Below are positions 43,025-52,551 of a DNA stretch of 64,000 nucleotides, piece by piece (positions within the stretch are counted from its first letter, which is position 1; the number at the start of each line of letters is the position of its first letter). The notes under the pieces were generated by a model, which worked only from the letters and a program-made list of their open reading frames with translations, did not search any database and was not told where the DNA came from. Both the position numbers and the translations under genes were made by a program. This DNA comes from Myxococcota bacterium (lineage in GTDB: Bacteria > Myxococcota_A > UBA796 > UBA2385), in NCBI GenBank assembly GCA_044344255.1, contig JBIJDH010000010.1:128001-192000 (forward strand), read 5' to 3'.

Positions 43025-44371
43025 TCAGTGACGCTCGGCGAGGAGCAGATCGTTGGAGACGCTCTCGGTGGTGATCACGAGGCGCCCGTTCGCGTCGAGG
43101 CCGCCCAGCGCCACCGCCTCACCGTCCTCGTTGAGGACGCCGTCGAGATCCGCGTCGACGTAGGCCCAGAGGTAGACGAGGGTGTTGGAGGGCACGGCGA
43201 ACTGGTAGGGCAGCGAGGAGTGGCCGGTGAGGTCAGCCCACTCGTACTTCTGGAAGCCGTACGAGGCGCCCTCGATCTCCGAGACCGAGAGATCGGTGTT
43301 CGGGGCGTACTTGAGCGCCACCACGTAGACCGCGGCGCCGGTGGGCAGGCTGTCGAAGGCGCTGCCGTCGTCCATGCGGACATCGCCGCCCACGGTGACG
43401 AAGGGCACCACGTTGATGCCGGCGTACTCCCCGAGGGGGATCTGCACGTCGTAGCCAGCGAGGTCGTTGGTCGCGACGTTGACGGGGTTGCCGTCGGTGT
43501 CGGGGGCGGAGATGAAGGCGCCCCAGTGGTCGGCCGGGGAGTACATCGTGTCGCCGTCGGAGTCCCAGGCGCCGATGAGGTTCATGTCGCCGTAGCTCGA
43601 GCAGGACTCGAAGCTGTAGGGGCCGCTGGCGCCGTCGCCGTTGGCGACGGGGGTGAGGGCGCCCACGTGGTAGGGGCCGTTGCCGCCGGTGTCGGCGAGC
43701 ATCACGGCGACGTCGCCGCCGGCGTAGTGCACGGTGACGAGGGCCTCTCCCGACATCGTGACCGTGTCGGTGCAGCCGCCGCCGCCGCCCGGGAGGGGCG
43801 CGAGGATGGTGATGTCGATGCCGGTGATGGAGTCGCCGTCGGCGAGGGGGATCTCGACCGGCCAGACACCGCGGGGCTCGGTGGAGCCGACCACGTTGTC
43901 GGCGTAATAGTCGAGCGAGGCGTAGACGAAGACGCTGGTGGGCTCGTCGGCCTTGAACTCGATTGAGTAGGGGTTGGCCCCCGTGGTGGCGCCGTCGATG
44001 ACGGAGGTGCCGACGTAGTGCTCGGCCCCGGACTCGCCCTGCGTGTACGCGCCGACGAAGATCTTGTCCCAGGGGAAGGCGCCGCCCGTGGACTCCTCGT
44101 AGCTGGTGTAGATGCGCTCGCCGGCCTCATCGAGGGTGTAGAGCTCGACCGTCACAGTGCCGCCGATGGTGCCTGCGATCTCCTCCTCACCGGGCTCCGT
44201 GCCGTCGGTGCCGCCGCCGTCAGCGCCACCGTCGGCGCCGTCTCCGCCGCCCGCGCCCGTGTCGCCGGAGCTGCTGCCCTTGTCCGTCCCGCACATCGGG
44301 GCCATGAGGGTAGGGACGACCGCGAGCACCATCAACAGGGGGAAGGCGCGGTTGAGGGGTGACAGCTTCAT
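43025..44371 (-). CDS. Acidic secreted or lipo-protein, paralog of 41491-42951
   Basis: Shared blocks VELY..GG.FP..IFV, VYASLDY, DITILAP, FDSLP.G..YVVALKYAPN.DL, F.VP.NT..YLWAY.D; signal peptide ending LMAPMC. Confidence 0.75.
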   Translation of the reverse strand: MKLSPLNRAFPLLMVLAVVPTLMAPMCGTDKGSSSGDTGAGGGDGADGGADGGGTDGTEPGEEEIAGTIGGTVTVELYTLDEAGERIYTSYEESTGGAFPWDKIFVGAYTQGESGAEHYVGTSVIDGATTGANPYSIEFKADEPTSVFVYASLDYYADNVVGSTEPRGVWPVEIPLADGDSITGIDITILAPLPGGGGGCTDTVTMSGEALVTVHYAGGDVAVMLADTGGNGPYHVGALTPVANGDGASGPYSFESCSSYGDMNLIGAWDSDGDTMYSPADHWGAFISAPDTDGNPVNVATNDLAGYDVQIPLGEYAGINVVPFVTVGGDVRMDDGSAFDSLPTGAAVYVVALKYAPNTDLSVSEIEGASYGFQKYEWADLTGHSSLPYQFAVPSNTLVYLWAYVDADLDGVLNEDGEAVALGGLDANGRLVITTESVSNDLLLAERH

Positions 44372-44462
44372 GGCGTGCTCCGGGGAGACTTTCGAAGGAC
44401 CGATGACAAGGCAGGGGACGAACGGGCCGACGGACCCACCTCTGCCGTGTAGATGCACAACA

Positions 44463-44536
44463 ACTTTAACACATCGTGACAATTCCACCCGATCCGAGGG
44501 CGCAAGCAGGTAATGGAATTGTCATGAAATTGTCAG
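44463..44536. promoter_or_regulatory. AT-rich control region with 11-bp repeats (PhoB/OmpR-box-like) and an extended -10
   Basis: TGGAATTGTCA-TGAAATTGTCA tandem at 44514-44535; inverted copy TGACAATTCCA at 44477-44487; minus-strand TGtTAAAGT. Confidence 0.5.
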
Positions 44537-44591
44537 CGCGAAATCGGTCCGCGCGAGGCCGATCTTCAGCCCCGATCGCGCCGGCTCGCCG

Positions 44592-46328
44592 CTACTCGTC
44601 GCGATCGACGATCACGAACTCGACCCGCCGGTTCTGGGAGCGCCCCTCCTCGCTCGTGTTCGGGGCGAGCGGGTACATCTCACCGAAGCCGCGGGCGTCG
44701 AGCCGACTGGCCTCCACCCCCCGCGACACGAGGGCGCTCATCACCGAGCGGGCCCGCTTGTCGGACAGCTTGAGGTTGAGCGCGTCATTGCCGACGTCGT
44801 CGGTGTGGCCCTCGATCCGGAGCTTCTTCAGCTCGGGGTGGGCCACGATGACCGCGGCGAGCTCGCTCAAGAGGTCGTCGCTCCGGGCCTGGATGCTGTC
44901 CTTGCCGGTGTCGAAGTAGATCACGTCGTTGATCTTGATCTTGTCCTTGCCCACCACGACGCGCCCTTCGTCGGGGCAGCCGTCCTCGTCCTTGTCGCCG
45001 TCATAGTCCTCGGCGTCGTAGGGGCAGCGGTCGATGGAGTCGGCGTACCGGTCGCCGTCGGAGTCCTTATCGACATCGTCGGGGCAGCCGTCCTCGTCCA
45101 TGTAGGCGTTCTGGGTCTCGGGGTCGTTCATGCAGCGATCATCGGGATCCTTGACGCCGTCCTTGTCGTTGTCCTCCTCCGGGCAGCCGTCGTTGTCCAT
45201 GAACTGGTCATCGTCTTCCGGGTTCATCGGGCACTCGTCCTGCGCGTCGGCGATGCCGTCCTGATCGTTGTCGAGCTCGGCGCAGCCGTCCTTGTCTTGG
45301 AAGCCGTCGAGGTCTTCGGGCTCGGCCTTGCAGCGGTCGACCCCATCGGCGACGCCGTCCTTGTCGGTGTCGCGGGAGGCGGGATCGAAATTCGGGGCGA
45401 CGGTGACGCCGAACACGGCCCGCCAGTCGGGCGCGCCGACGCCGGGGAGCAAGCCGGTGCCGCCCCCGGCCTGCACCGTCACGAGCTCGCCCGCCCGCAG
45501 CCTCGAGCCGATCAACAGCTCTGCCGGGCTCTGGGTGAGCGCGGCGCCCTGACTCCGCCCGCGCGCCTCCACCAGGACCTCGACCGCTGCGTGGGGCCGA
45601 TAGCCGAAGCCGGCCCCCCACAGCGGGCCCGATCCGAGGCGCAGATCGCGCAGCCGGGCCGCCGGCTGGGCCTGGTAGCCGAGCTCGACGGCGCTCCGGA
45701 GCCGGGACAGGCCGCCCGCGTCGGGCGCGGTGGAGAGCTCGAGGACGCCGCTGGGGGCGACGCTGAAGCCCGGACCGCCGATGAAGGCGCCGTCCTTGCC
45801 CGTGGGGAGGCCGACCGGCGCCAGGAAGGCGAGGCCGACCGGGTGCTCGCGCCGATCGAGCGCCACAAGCTTGGGGGTCACCCGGATGTCGCCGAGCCCC
45901 GCCTCGAGGGGGGCGGCGGCGCTGCCCCCGATCGCCGAGAGCTGGGTGCCGTCTTGAAAGAGCACCACCGGCAGCCCCACCACGAGGGAGGCCGCGCCGA
46001 AGAGCCCGAAGCCGACGACGAGCTCGCCGGTGAGCCGATCGTCGACCACGCCGTCGCCGTCGTTACCCTTCGTGGAGGGGTCGAGGTGCACCCGCTCCCC
46101 GCCCACCTCGAGCACGACCGGATCGGTCTCGTAGTTGAGGTGGAGGCCCGCGGCCCCCTGCAGGTGGCCGAGCGTCCCGGCGCCCGGCAGGCCGAGGTAG
46201 CCGGCGCCGTCCCCCTCGGGGTGGAAGAGCTCGACGTCGACGTCGCCGGTCGAGCCAGAGTCGGCGGCCCACGCGCCGGTGGAGGTCGCGGGGAGAAGGA
46301 GAGAGATCTGCAAGACGAGGCCGATCAT
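44592..46328 (-). CDS. TraB-like outer-membrane protein: beta-barrel, TSP3-like Asp-rich repeats, OmpA C-terminal domain
   Basis: DVELFHP..DG.GYL, GLGDIRVTPK, four D.D.DG..D..D.C units, IEGHTD..NLKLSDKRA..NRRVEF. Confidence 0.85.
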   Translation of the reverse strand: MIGLVLQISLLLPATSTGAWAADSGSTGDVDVELFHPEGDGAGYLGLPGAGTLGHLQGAAGLHLNYETDPVVLEVGGERVHLDPSTKGNDGDGVVDDRLTGELVVGFGLFGAASLVVGLPVVLFQDGTQLSAIGGSAAAPLEAGLGDIRVTPKLVALDRREHPVGLAFLAPVGLPTGKDGAFIGGPGFSVAPSGVLELSTAPDAGGLSRLRSAVELGYQAQPAARLRDLRLGSGPLWGAGFGYRPHAAVEVLVEARGRSQGAALTQSPAELLIGSRLRAGELVTVQAGGGTGLLPGVGAPDWRAVFGVTVAPNFDPASRDTDKDGVADGVDRCKAEPEDLDGFQDKDGCAELDNDQDGIADAQDECPMNPEDDDQFMDNDGCPEEDNDKDGVKDPDDRCMNDPETQNAYMDEDGCPDDVDKDSDGDRYADSIDRCPYDAEDYDGDKDEDGCPDEGRVVVGKDKIKINDVIYFDTGKDSIQARSDDLLSELAAVIVAHPELKKLRIEGHTDDVGNDALNLKLSDKRARSVMSALVSRGVEASRLDARGFGEMYPLAPNTSEEGRSQNRRVEFVIVDRDE

Positions 46329-47995
46329 TCCCGGGCCCCCCCGCGGAGGCTGGAGGCGTTCGGCCGGGCGCGCCGGGCGAGCGGAGCCAGGAGGGCGAGG
46401 GCGAGGAGGGCGAGGCGGCCGGGCGCGCTGCCCAAGGGGCCCACCCCACAGAGGGCGCCGCCACCGCGGACCGTCGCATAGAGCAAGGGATCTTCGCAGC
46501 CGTCGTCGAGGAAGCCGTCGCAGTCGTTGTCGAGGCCGTCCCCGCACAGCTCGGGGGCGCCGGGGTTGATGGTGACCGCCCCCTCCCCTTCGTCGGCGCA
46601 GTCGCCGTCGCTGGCGGTAAAGCCGTCGCCGTCGAGGTCTTGGTAGGGATCGTCGACCACGCCGTCACAGTCGTTGTCCACGCCGTCTGGCAGGCCGCCG
46701 TTCGCCGGGTCACCCTCGTCGCCGGTGGGCGTGGCCTCCCGGCTCTGATCGTCGCAGTCCGCGCCCGGCGCGCCGGTGACGGGGTTCAGGCAGCAGTCCG
46801 CCCCGTCGACGCAGTGGGTGGGGTCGGCGTCAAAGCCATCGCCGTCGACGTCGCAGTAGTCGAGCCCGTCGCAGCTCTGATCGACCCCGTCGTAGGAGGG
46901 GTCGACGGCACAAGGGAAGATGTCATTGTCCCCCTCGACACAGTCGAAGGCGTAGGCGCAGAGGCCCTGCACGTAGTCGGCCCGGCCGAGCGCGCCGGCG
47001 CTGCAGGAGAAGGTGTCGTCGGGGTCACAGTCGATGAGCCGACCGGTGTCGCAGGTGGTGTAGCCGTCGAGGTCGTCGTCGGTGTCATCCACGCAGCCGT
47101 TGCAGTCGTTGTCGATGGAGTCGACCACCTCCTGCTCGTCGGGGTTGACGCGGATGTCGGTGTCGTCGCAGTCGCCGTCGGTCTCGGCGAAGCCGTCGCC
47201 GTCGTCGTCGAAGGCGCCGTCGTCGCGGACGCCGTCACAGTCCGCGTCGTCGTTGGCGTCGCCGTAGGGGGTGGTGTCGCCGTCGACGGCGTCGGGGTTG
47301 ACGTAGGGGTCTTCGTCATTACAGTCGCCGTTGGCCTCGGTGACGCCGTCCCCATCGACGTCGCGGTTGGAGTCGTCACACATCGGGTTCTCCGTCCCGG
47401 GCGTGCCGTACCAGCCGAAGTCGGTGTCGATGGTCTCATTCGGGGCCTGGCACCAGTTCTGGGGCAGGTCGTTGGCCCACTCGAGGCCGAGCGCGTTGAC
47501 GTTGACCTGGTAGGCGCGCTGGAGCACCACGTCCCACTCCGAGCTGTCCCAGGTGACGGTGTCGAGGATGAGGCCGTCCATGACGAGCTGGAGCGTGTCT
47601 CCGGTGTGCTCCAGGGGCGAGAGCGAGCGGTCGTAGACGTAGTCGACCCCCACGCCCCCGTTCTCGGTGAGATCACCGTCGACGCCGAGCACGAGGGAGT
47701 CACCGGCCGCCAGCACCAGGGCCTCGTCGATGGTGAAGCCCTCGTCGGTGGCGGAGTCTCCCTCGACGCGCAGCCCGAAGAGCTCGAGGGCGTGGTCGGT
47801 GTTGTTCCGGATCTCGAACCACTCCCCATAGTAGTTGGGGATCACCAGCGGCTCGGCCATGAACTCGGTGATGGTGAGCTCGCCGGGGGCCGCAGGCGGG
47901 GCCGCGCGGACGGCGGCGGGGCAGAGCAGCCCGCCCACCATCAGCGCGAGGCCGAGCGCCGGGGTCACGGCCGACGACGCGAAGAAACGGGACAT
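46325..47995 (-). CDS. Surface protein: lamin-tail-like domain, Cys/Asp (MopE-related) repeats, MYXO-CTERM-like anchor
   Basis: ITEFMAEP..GEWFEIRN..GTPG.EN; DGDG....DC.D....NP...E..D.IDNDC.G repeats; GGGALCGVG-hydrophobic-RRAR tail. Confidence 0.8.
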   Translation of the reverse strand: MSRFFASSAVTPALGLALMVGGLLCPAAVRAAPPAAPGELTITEFMAEPLVIPNYYGEWFEIRNNTDHALELFGLRVEGDSATDEGFTIDEALVLAAGDSLVLGVDGDLTENGGVGVDYVYDRSLSPLEHTGDTLQLVMDGLILDTVTWDSSEWDVVLQRAYQVNVNALGLEWANDLPQNWCQAPNETIDTDFGWYGTPGTENPMCDDSNRDVDGDGVTEANGDCNDEDPYVNPDAVDGDTTPYGDANDDADCDGVRDDGAFDDDGDGFAETDGDCDDTDIRVNPDEQEVVDSIDNDCNGCVDDTDDDLDGYTTCDTGRLIDCDPDDTFSCSAGALGRADYVQGLCAYAFDCVEGDNDIFPCAVDPSYDGVDQSCDGLDYCDVDGDGFDADPTHCVDGADCCLNPVTGAPGADCDDQSREATPTGDEGDPANGGLPDGVDNDCDGVVDDPYQDLDGDGFTASDGDCADEGEGAVTINPGAPELCGDGLDNDCDGFLDDGCEDPLLYATVRGGGALCGVGPLGSAPGRLALLALALLAPLARRARPNASSLRGGARE

Positions 47996-48013
47996 CGAGA
48001 CTCCATGGGCCGC

Positions 48014-48328
48014 TCAGCCGCGGCCGATCTGATCGAGCATCGGGAAGCCGAGCCAGAGCCCATCATAGGCCTTCTTCGCCCACAGCGCGCTCATGATGCA
48101 AGCAACGATCACGCCGAGGCCGAGCGAGGGCAGCCCGAGCACCCAGACGAGCAGGAGCTGGAGCAGGAAGGCCTGAACCGTGTGGAAGCGGATGAAGGCC
48201 GAGCTCGGGCCCTTCCAGTACCAGAGGGCGGCGGGGCCGAGGGCCGGGAGCACGAAGGCGCAGAGGTGCGCCAGGGTGGCGAAGATGCGGTCGTCGTCGG
48301 TGGCCTCGGCGCCCCAGCCGCGGTCCAT
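48014..48328 (-). CDS. DUF4870-like small membrane protein
   Basis: DDRIFATLAHL..GP..W..S.FIRFH.VQA; three TM helices. Confidence 0.75.
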   Translation of the reverse strand: MDRGWGAEATDDDRIFATLAHLCAFVLPALGPAALWYWKGPSSAFIRFHTVQAFLLQLLLVWVLGLPSLGLGVIVACIMSALWAKKAYDGLWLGFPMLDQIGRG

Positions 48329-51327
48329 CAGCGGATGGCCTCACCGTGGAAGGTCCAGCGGCCGCTCGGGAAGCGCCCCCGGTTCTCCCGCCACCACTGG
48401 GCCCAGCCGAGCTGGTGGGCCCGCTGCACGCGCCAGGGGCCCTCGGCGTCAAAGGGCAGACGGGCGCCGGTGCTGATGACCAGCTCATCGTAGGTGAGGC
48501 GGCGCACCATGGGGTCGTCGTGGCCGAGCCGATCGACGAGGGTGCCGGGGTCCATCAGGCGGCCGTGGCGGTACCGCTGGCCCTCCTGGAAGCGGCCGCC
48601 CATGCGCTCCCACCACTCCACCCAGCGGTTGCGGAGCAGGCTCTCCTCGGGGTCCTCCGGGTGGCCGGAGAGCACCTCGAGGGCGGCGTTGGCGACGCGG
48701 GCCCGCTTGTTGTCGCGGCTGCCGAGGGCGTCGATGAGGCGGGGCACGGCGCGGGGGTCACCGAGGTAGCCGAGGCCCTGGAGGGCGCCGAAGCCTGCGG
48801 GCCCCTCCTGCTCGGCGGTCCGGTAGAGCAGCAGCAGGTAGGAGGGGCCACCGTAGCGCCCCACGATCTCGCCGAGGGAGCGGCCGGCCGTGGGCCGCCG
48901 GGTGGCGAGGGCCTGGGCCTGCATGTCCACGCCCTTCCACTCGCCCAAGAGCAGGAGCGAGGTGCTGGCGTCTTCGCTCAGCTCGGGCTCGTCGAGGACC
49001 TCGATGAGATCGTCGATGGCCGCGTGATCGCCGACCCGGCCGAGGGCGATGATCGCCGCCCGGCGCATCCGAGAGGGGTACTCCGACCGGCAGAGGCGGC
49101 GAAGCGTGGGCACAGCGGCGAGCTCGCGGCGCCAGCCGAGCACCTCGGCGGCGGCGGACATCCCGGTGGGGTCGAAGCCGCCCTCGAGGGCGTCGAGCAG
49201 GCCGCTCACGAGCGCGGCGTTGCTGCTGCGGGCCATCGCGCCCACGAGGGCACGCCCCGCCGCGCCGCCCGGGCGGACCTCGAGCAGGTGGCGGAGCAGG
49301 ACCTCGGCGGCCTCGTAGCTGCGGTGCGCGGACAGGAGGTCGGCGGCGGCGACGTAGCGGGCGAGGTTGGGGTCGGTGACCCGCGGGGTGGCGAGGTCGA
49401 GCGAGCGGGCGGCAGAGTCGAGGTGCCCACCGAGGATCTGCACCACGCGCACGTCGCAGGCGGCGACGGCCATGCGGTGGGCCCCGATGCGGCGCTCGGG
49501 GCGCTCGGCGTCGGCGCGAGAGAGCGGCGGGCGAGCCCGCTGGGCGTTGCCGCGGTCGCGGGCGTGCTCGGCCGAGCGCTCGAGGTGCCAGTCGACGCTG
49601 CGCGCGGGGTCGCCCATGCTGGCGTCGGCGGCGGCGACCCCGGCGGCGAGGTCAGCGGCCTTGAAGAGGGAGCGGGCGGTCTCGGCGGCGGCGGGGAAGC
49701 CGAGGCGGGCGAGGCGGAGGCGGGCCCAGGCCTCCCGGAGCGGCAGGCCGAGGCCCCCGAAGCCGTCGGCGGCGCGCGCGTAGTCGGCGGCGGCGCGGTC
49801 GGCGTCCCCCGTGAGGGCGTAGAGGTCGCCGCGGCGCACGAGCACCCGCTGGAGGAGCTCGGAGTCGCCCTGCACCTTCTCCTGCGCGCCGCGGTACGCG
49901 GCCTCGGCCTGGGCGTGCTCTCCGCGCTGGGAGTGAGTGTCACCGAGGCCGAGCAGGACGAGGCCGGCGAGGCGCGCGTTGCGGCTGCGATCCGCCAGCA
50001 CCCGCGCCATCTCGAGGCAATCGGCGGCGCGGTCGAGGCGGTCGTAGAGGCGGTGCCGCTCGGAGAGGAGGAGCAGGGCCTCGCAGCGGTCCTTGATCCA
50101 GGGGTCACCGGCCTCGCGGTGGCTGCGCGGGTCGAGGGCCTCGATGGCCTCGGCGAGGATCTCCTCGGCCCAGGGCTCCTGGCGGAGGGTGGCGAGGCGG
50201 CCGAGCTCGACCAGCCCGCGGGCGTGCAGGGCCGGCGGGGCGTCCCGGAGGAGGCGGAGGTGGCGCTCGGCCTCGTCGTGGAGACCGAGGTCGACCTCGA
50301 CGCGGACCAGCAGCAGCACCACCTCACCGGCGAGGCGGCGGTGGTGGAAGCCGCGGGCGCGCTCGAGCCAGTTGACCAGCTTCTCGGCCGCGCCGCGCCG
50401 ATCACCGCGGGCGAGGAAGACCCGCCCGAGCTCCACCGCGGCGGCCTCGGAGAGCGCGGCCTCCTCCTCGTTGTGGACGTCGTGGACCGACTCCTCGTGG
50501 AAGTGCTCGAGCTCCCGCTCCCAGGCGGCGTCGCCCGGGGGGAAGAGGCGCCCGAGGTCGCGCAGCAGGGAGGGCTCGACCGGGTTGAGCACGGGGAAAC
50601 GAGCCGGCAGGCGGATCGCGCGCAGGGCGCGGAGGAAGGCGAAGCGCGCAGCGGCGTCATCCTCCCCCACGAGGGTCTCGCCGAGGCGCACCCAGGCGCC
50701 CACGAGGCCGGGATCGGCCGCGGTGGCCTTCTTCAAGAGGGCGCGGGCGCGGTCAGGGTCTCCGCTCGTGAGGCAGCGCTCGGCGTCGCGGAGGAGGAGG
50801 TAGCCGCAGTCGGGATCGACGTCGATGCGGGCCTGGATCCGGGCGTCCTCGTCGCGGAGGTTCTCATCGAGGACGCGCAGCGTGGCGAAGAGCCAGCGGT
50901 CAAAGCGCTCGTGCAGGGGCTCGAAGGCGCCGTGGGCCGCGCCAGGCCGCGCCGGGTGCCAGCGCCCGAAGGCCGAGCCGCCCTGCTCATCGGCGACGAA
51001 GGCCCAGCGGTCGGCCTCGGTGGGACCGTCGGCGAAGAGGATCACCTCGGGGGCCTCGGTGGCCGCAGGGGCGAGCTCGCGCGCGGTGCGCACCCGGAGG
51101 GCGCCGCGGAAGAGGTTGGCCCCGTTCCAGCGCTCGAGGAAGGACAGCAGCGTGACCGGGACCGGCACGCCGAGGGCCGCTGTCGCGCCGCGCAGGGCCT
51201 CCACCGTGCTCGCCCCTTCGAGCACGTGGACGTCGTGGCGGTACCGATCGAGCAGCCGCAGCAGGGGCTGGTAGGGGTCAATGGCCGACTCCCGACGGGG
51301 GTCAGCGGGGTTCCGAGCGGCTTCCAT
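48328..51327 (-). CDS. SMI1/KNR4(SUKH)-like N-domain fused to TPR and HEAT repeats
   Basis: GAS.EAL....AALGVPVP..LLSFLERWNG; helical repeats; AIIALGRVGD..AIDDLI and GLGYLGDPRAVPRLI. Confidence 0.65.
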   Translation of the reverse strand: MEAARNPADPRRESAIDPYQPLLRLLDRYRHDVHVLEGASTVEALRGATAALGVPVPVTLLSFLERWNGANLFRGALRVRTARELAPAATEAPEVILFADGPTEADRWAFVADEQGGSAFGRWHPARPGAAHGAFEPLHERFDRWLFATLRVLDENLRDEDARIQARIDVDPDCGYLLLRDAERCLTSGDPDRARALLKKATAADPGLVGAWVRLGETLVGEDDAAARFAFLRALRAIRLPARFPVLNPVEPSLLRDLGRLFPPGDAAWERELEHFHEESVHDVHNEEEAALSEAAAVELGRVFLARGDRRGAAEKLVNWLERARGFHHRRLAGEVVLLLVRVEVDLGLHDEAERHLRLLRDAPPALHARGLVELGRLATLRQEPWAEEILAEAIEALDPRSHREAGDPWIKDRCEALLLLSERHRLYDRLDRAADCLEMARVLADRSRNARLAGLVLLGLGDTHSQRGEHAQAEAAYRGAQEKVQGDSELLQRVLVRRGDLYALTGDADRAAADYARAADGFGGLGLPLREAWARLRLARLGFPAAAETARSLFKAADLAAGVAAADASMGDPARSVDWHLERSAEHARDRGNAQRARPPLSRADAERPERRIGAHRMAVAACDVRVVQILGGHLDSAARSLDLATPRVTDPNLARYVAAADLLSAHRSYEAAEVLLRHLLEVRPGGAAGRALVGAMARSSNAALVSGLLDALEGGFDPTGMSAAAEVLGWRRELAAVPTLRRLCRSEYPSRMRRAAIIALGRVGDHAAIDDLIEVLDEPELSEDASTSLLLLGEWKGVDMQAQALATRRPTAGRSLGEIVGRYGGPSYLLLLYRTAEQEGPAGFGALQGLGYLGDPRAVPRLIDALGSRDNKRARVANAALEVLSGHPEDPEESLLRNRWVEWWERMGGRFQEGQRYRHGRLMDPGTLVDRLGHDDPMVRRLTYDELVISTGARLPFDAEGPWRVQRAHQLGWAQWWRENRGRFPSGRWTFHGEAIR

Positions 51328-51468
51328 GGCGACGGCCTCGATCCGAGCCCCCACGGGTGACCGGGGCCGGGAGCCCGAATGTAGCAGCCTTGACGTGCCA
51401 AGGGAAGGGTGAGAAAGCACTGCAGCGATCTCGCCATCTGGCAGCTTGCGATCGGGATCTCCGCGAGA

Positions 51469-52449
51469 TCAGGCCCGCCGGACCTCGAGCGTCGCCACCC
51501 CAATCCGCACGGAGCGGGCGCGGGTGCGGGTCTCGACGATGCGGGCCGCGTCGCCGATCCCCGCCATGTCGAAGTGCTTCCGGGCGTGGAAGGTCCAGAG
51601 GTGGACCGCGTTCTTGTTGCCCTTCTGCCCGCAGGCCTTGGCGAGGTCTTCGAGGTGGATCCAGCCCACCTCGGACTCGGGCAGCGTCTGGTCGGCGCTG
51701 TCCACGAGGCGCCGCTCGGCCAGCATCAGCAGCATCTCATTGAAGGTCCGGTGGTACCGATCGATCTGCCCCGCCGGGCTGTCGATGCAGACCTCGATGT
51801 GCTCTTGATCTCGGCTCACCTCGAAGCGGAGCGAGATGTTGTCGATGGTGGGGGTCTCATCCACCTGGGCCATCGTCTGGGGGATCTGCTCGAGCAAGGA
51901 GACCGTCCAGCGCTCCCCGGCCACCGTCACCGCCTCGCCGTCTTCGACCGGCTCCACGGTGTCCAGCGTGTAGTCCGCCTTCACCCAGTCTCCACGCCCG
52001 TCTTTGTAGATGTGCAGCACCTCGGACTGATCGTCGGGCAAGGCGAGCAGGTGATCGCGGGCGACCGCCACCCGGCCGTCCTCCGCCACGGCGAAGAGGC
52101 GCGGCGGGCTCGCATCCTCGATGATGTAGGTGTGATCCCGATCGCCGAAGGAGACTACGCTCCCTTCACGGAGCGGGGCCTGCAGGCTCTTCCCGAGGGG
52201 CTCTCGGTTGACGACCGTGCCGTTCTTCGAGCCGAGGTCTCGCACGACCCAGTGATCACCCACCCAGTCGATGGATGCGTGATCTCGAGAGACCACGCCG
52301 TCATCCTTCGGGAAGCGGAGGTCGCTCGCCGGCATGCGCCCGACCCGGAAGTGCGGGCGGAGCACGAAGCGCTCCCCCCCCCGCTCGGCGCGGAGCATCG
52401 GGAGGCGGATGAGGGGGGATAGGGAAGGGATGGGCGGATCCTGGGACAC
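51469..52449 (-). CDS. FHA-domain protein with winged-helix-like C-terminus
   Basis: VGR..SD...VSRDHA..RDLGSKNGTVVN; GGAG 6 nt before GTG at 52449. Confidence 0.82.
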   Translation of the reverse strand: MSQDPPIPSLSPLIRLPMLRAERGGERFVLRPHFRVGRMPASDLRFPKDDGVVSRDHASIDWVGDHWVVRDLGSKNGTVVNREPLGKSLQAPLREGSVVSFGDRDHTYIIEDASPPRLFAVAEDGRVAVARDHLLALPDDQSEVLHIYKDGRGDWVKADYTLDTVEPVEDGEAVTVAGERWTVSLLEQIPQTMAQVDETPTIDNISLRFEVSRDQEHIEVCIDSPAGQIDRYHRTFNEMLLMLAERRLVDSADQTLPESEVGWIHLEDLAKACGQKGNKNAVHLWTFHARKHFDMAGIGDAARIVETRTRARSVRIGVATLEVRRA

Positions 52450-52551
52450 GGCGGCTCCGAATGGGCGGCTTTTAACACACTGCACCGCCGAGAGGCCGCG
52501 CGACCGACTGAGTCGGCGCGAACAGGCCGGGCGGCCGGGCACGTCCCTCCG

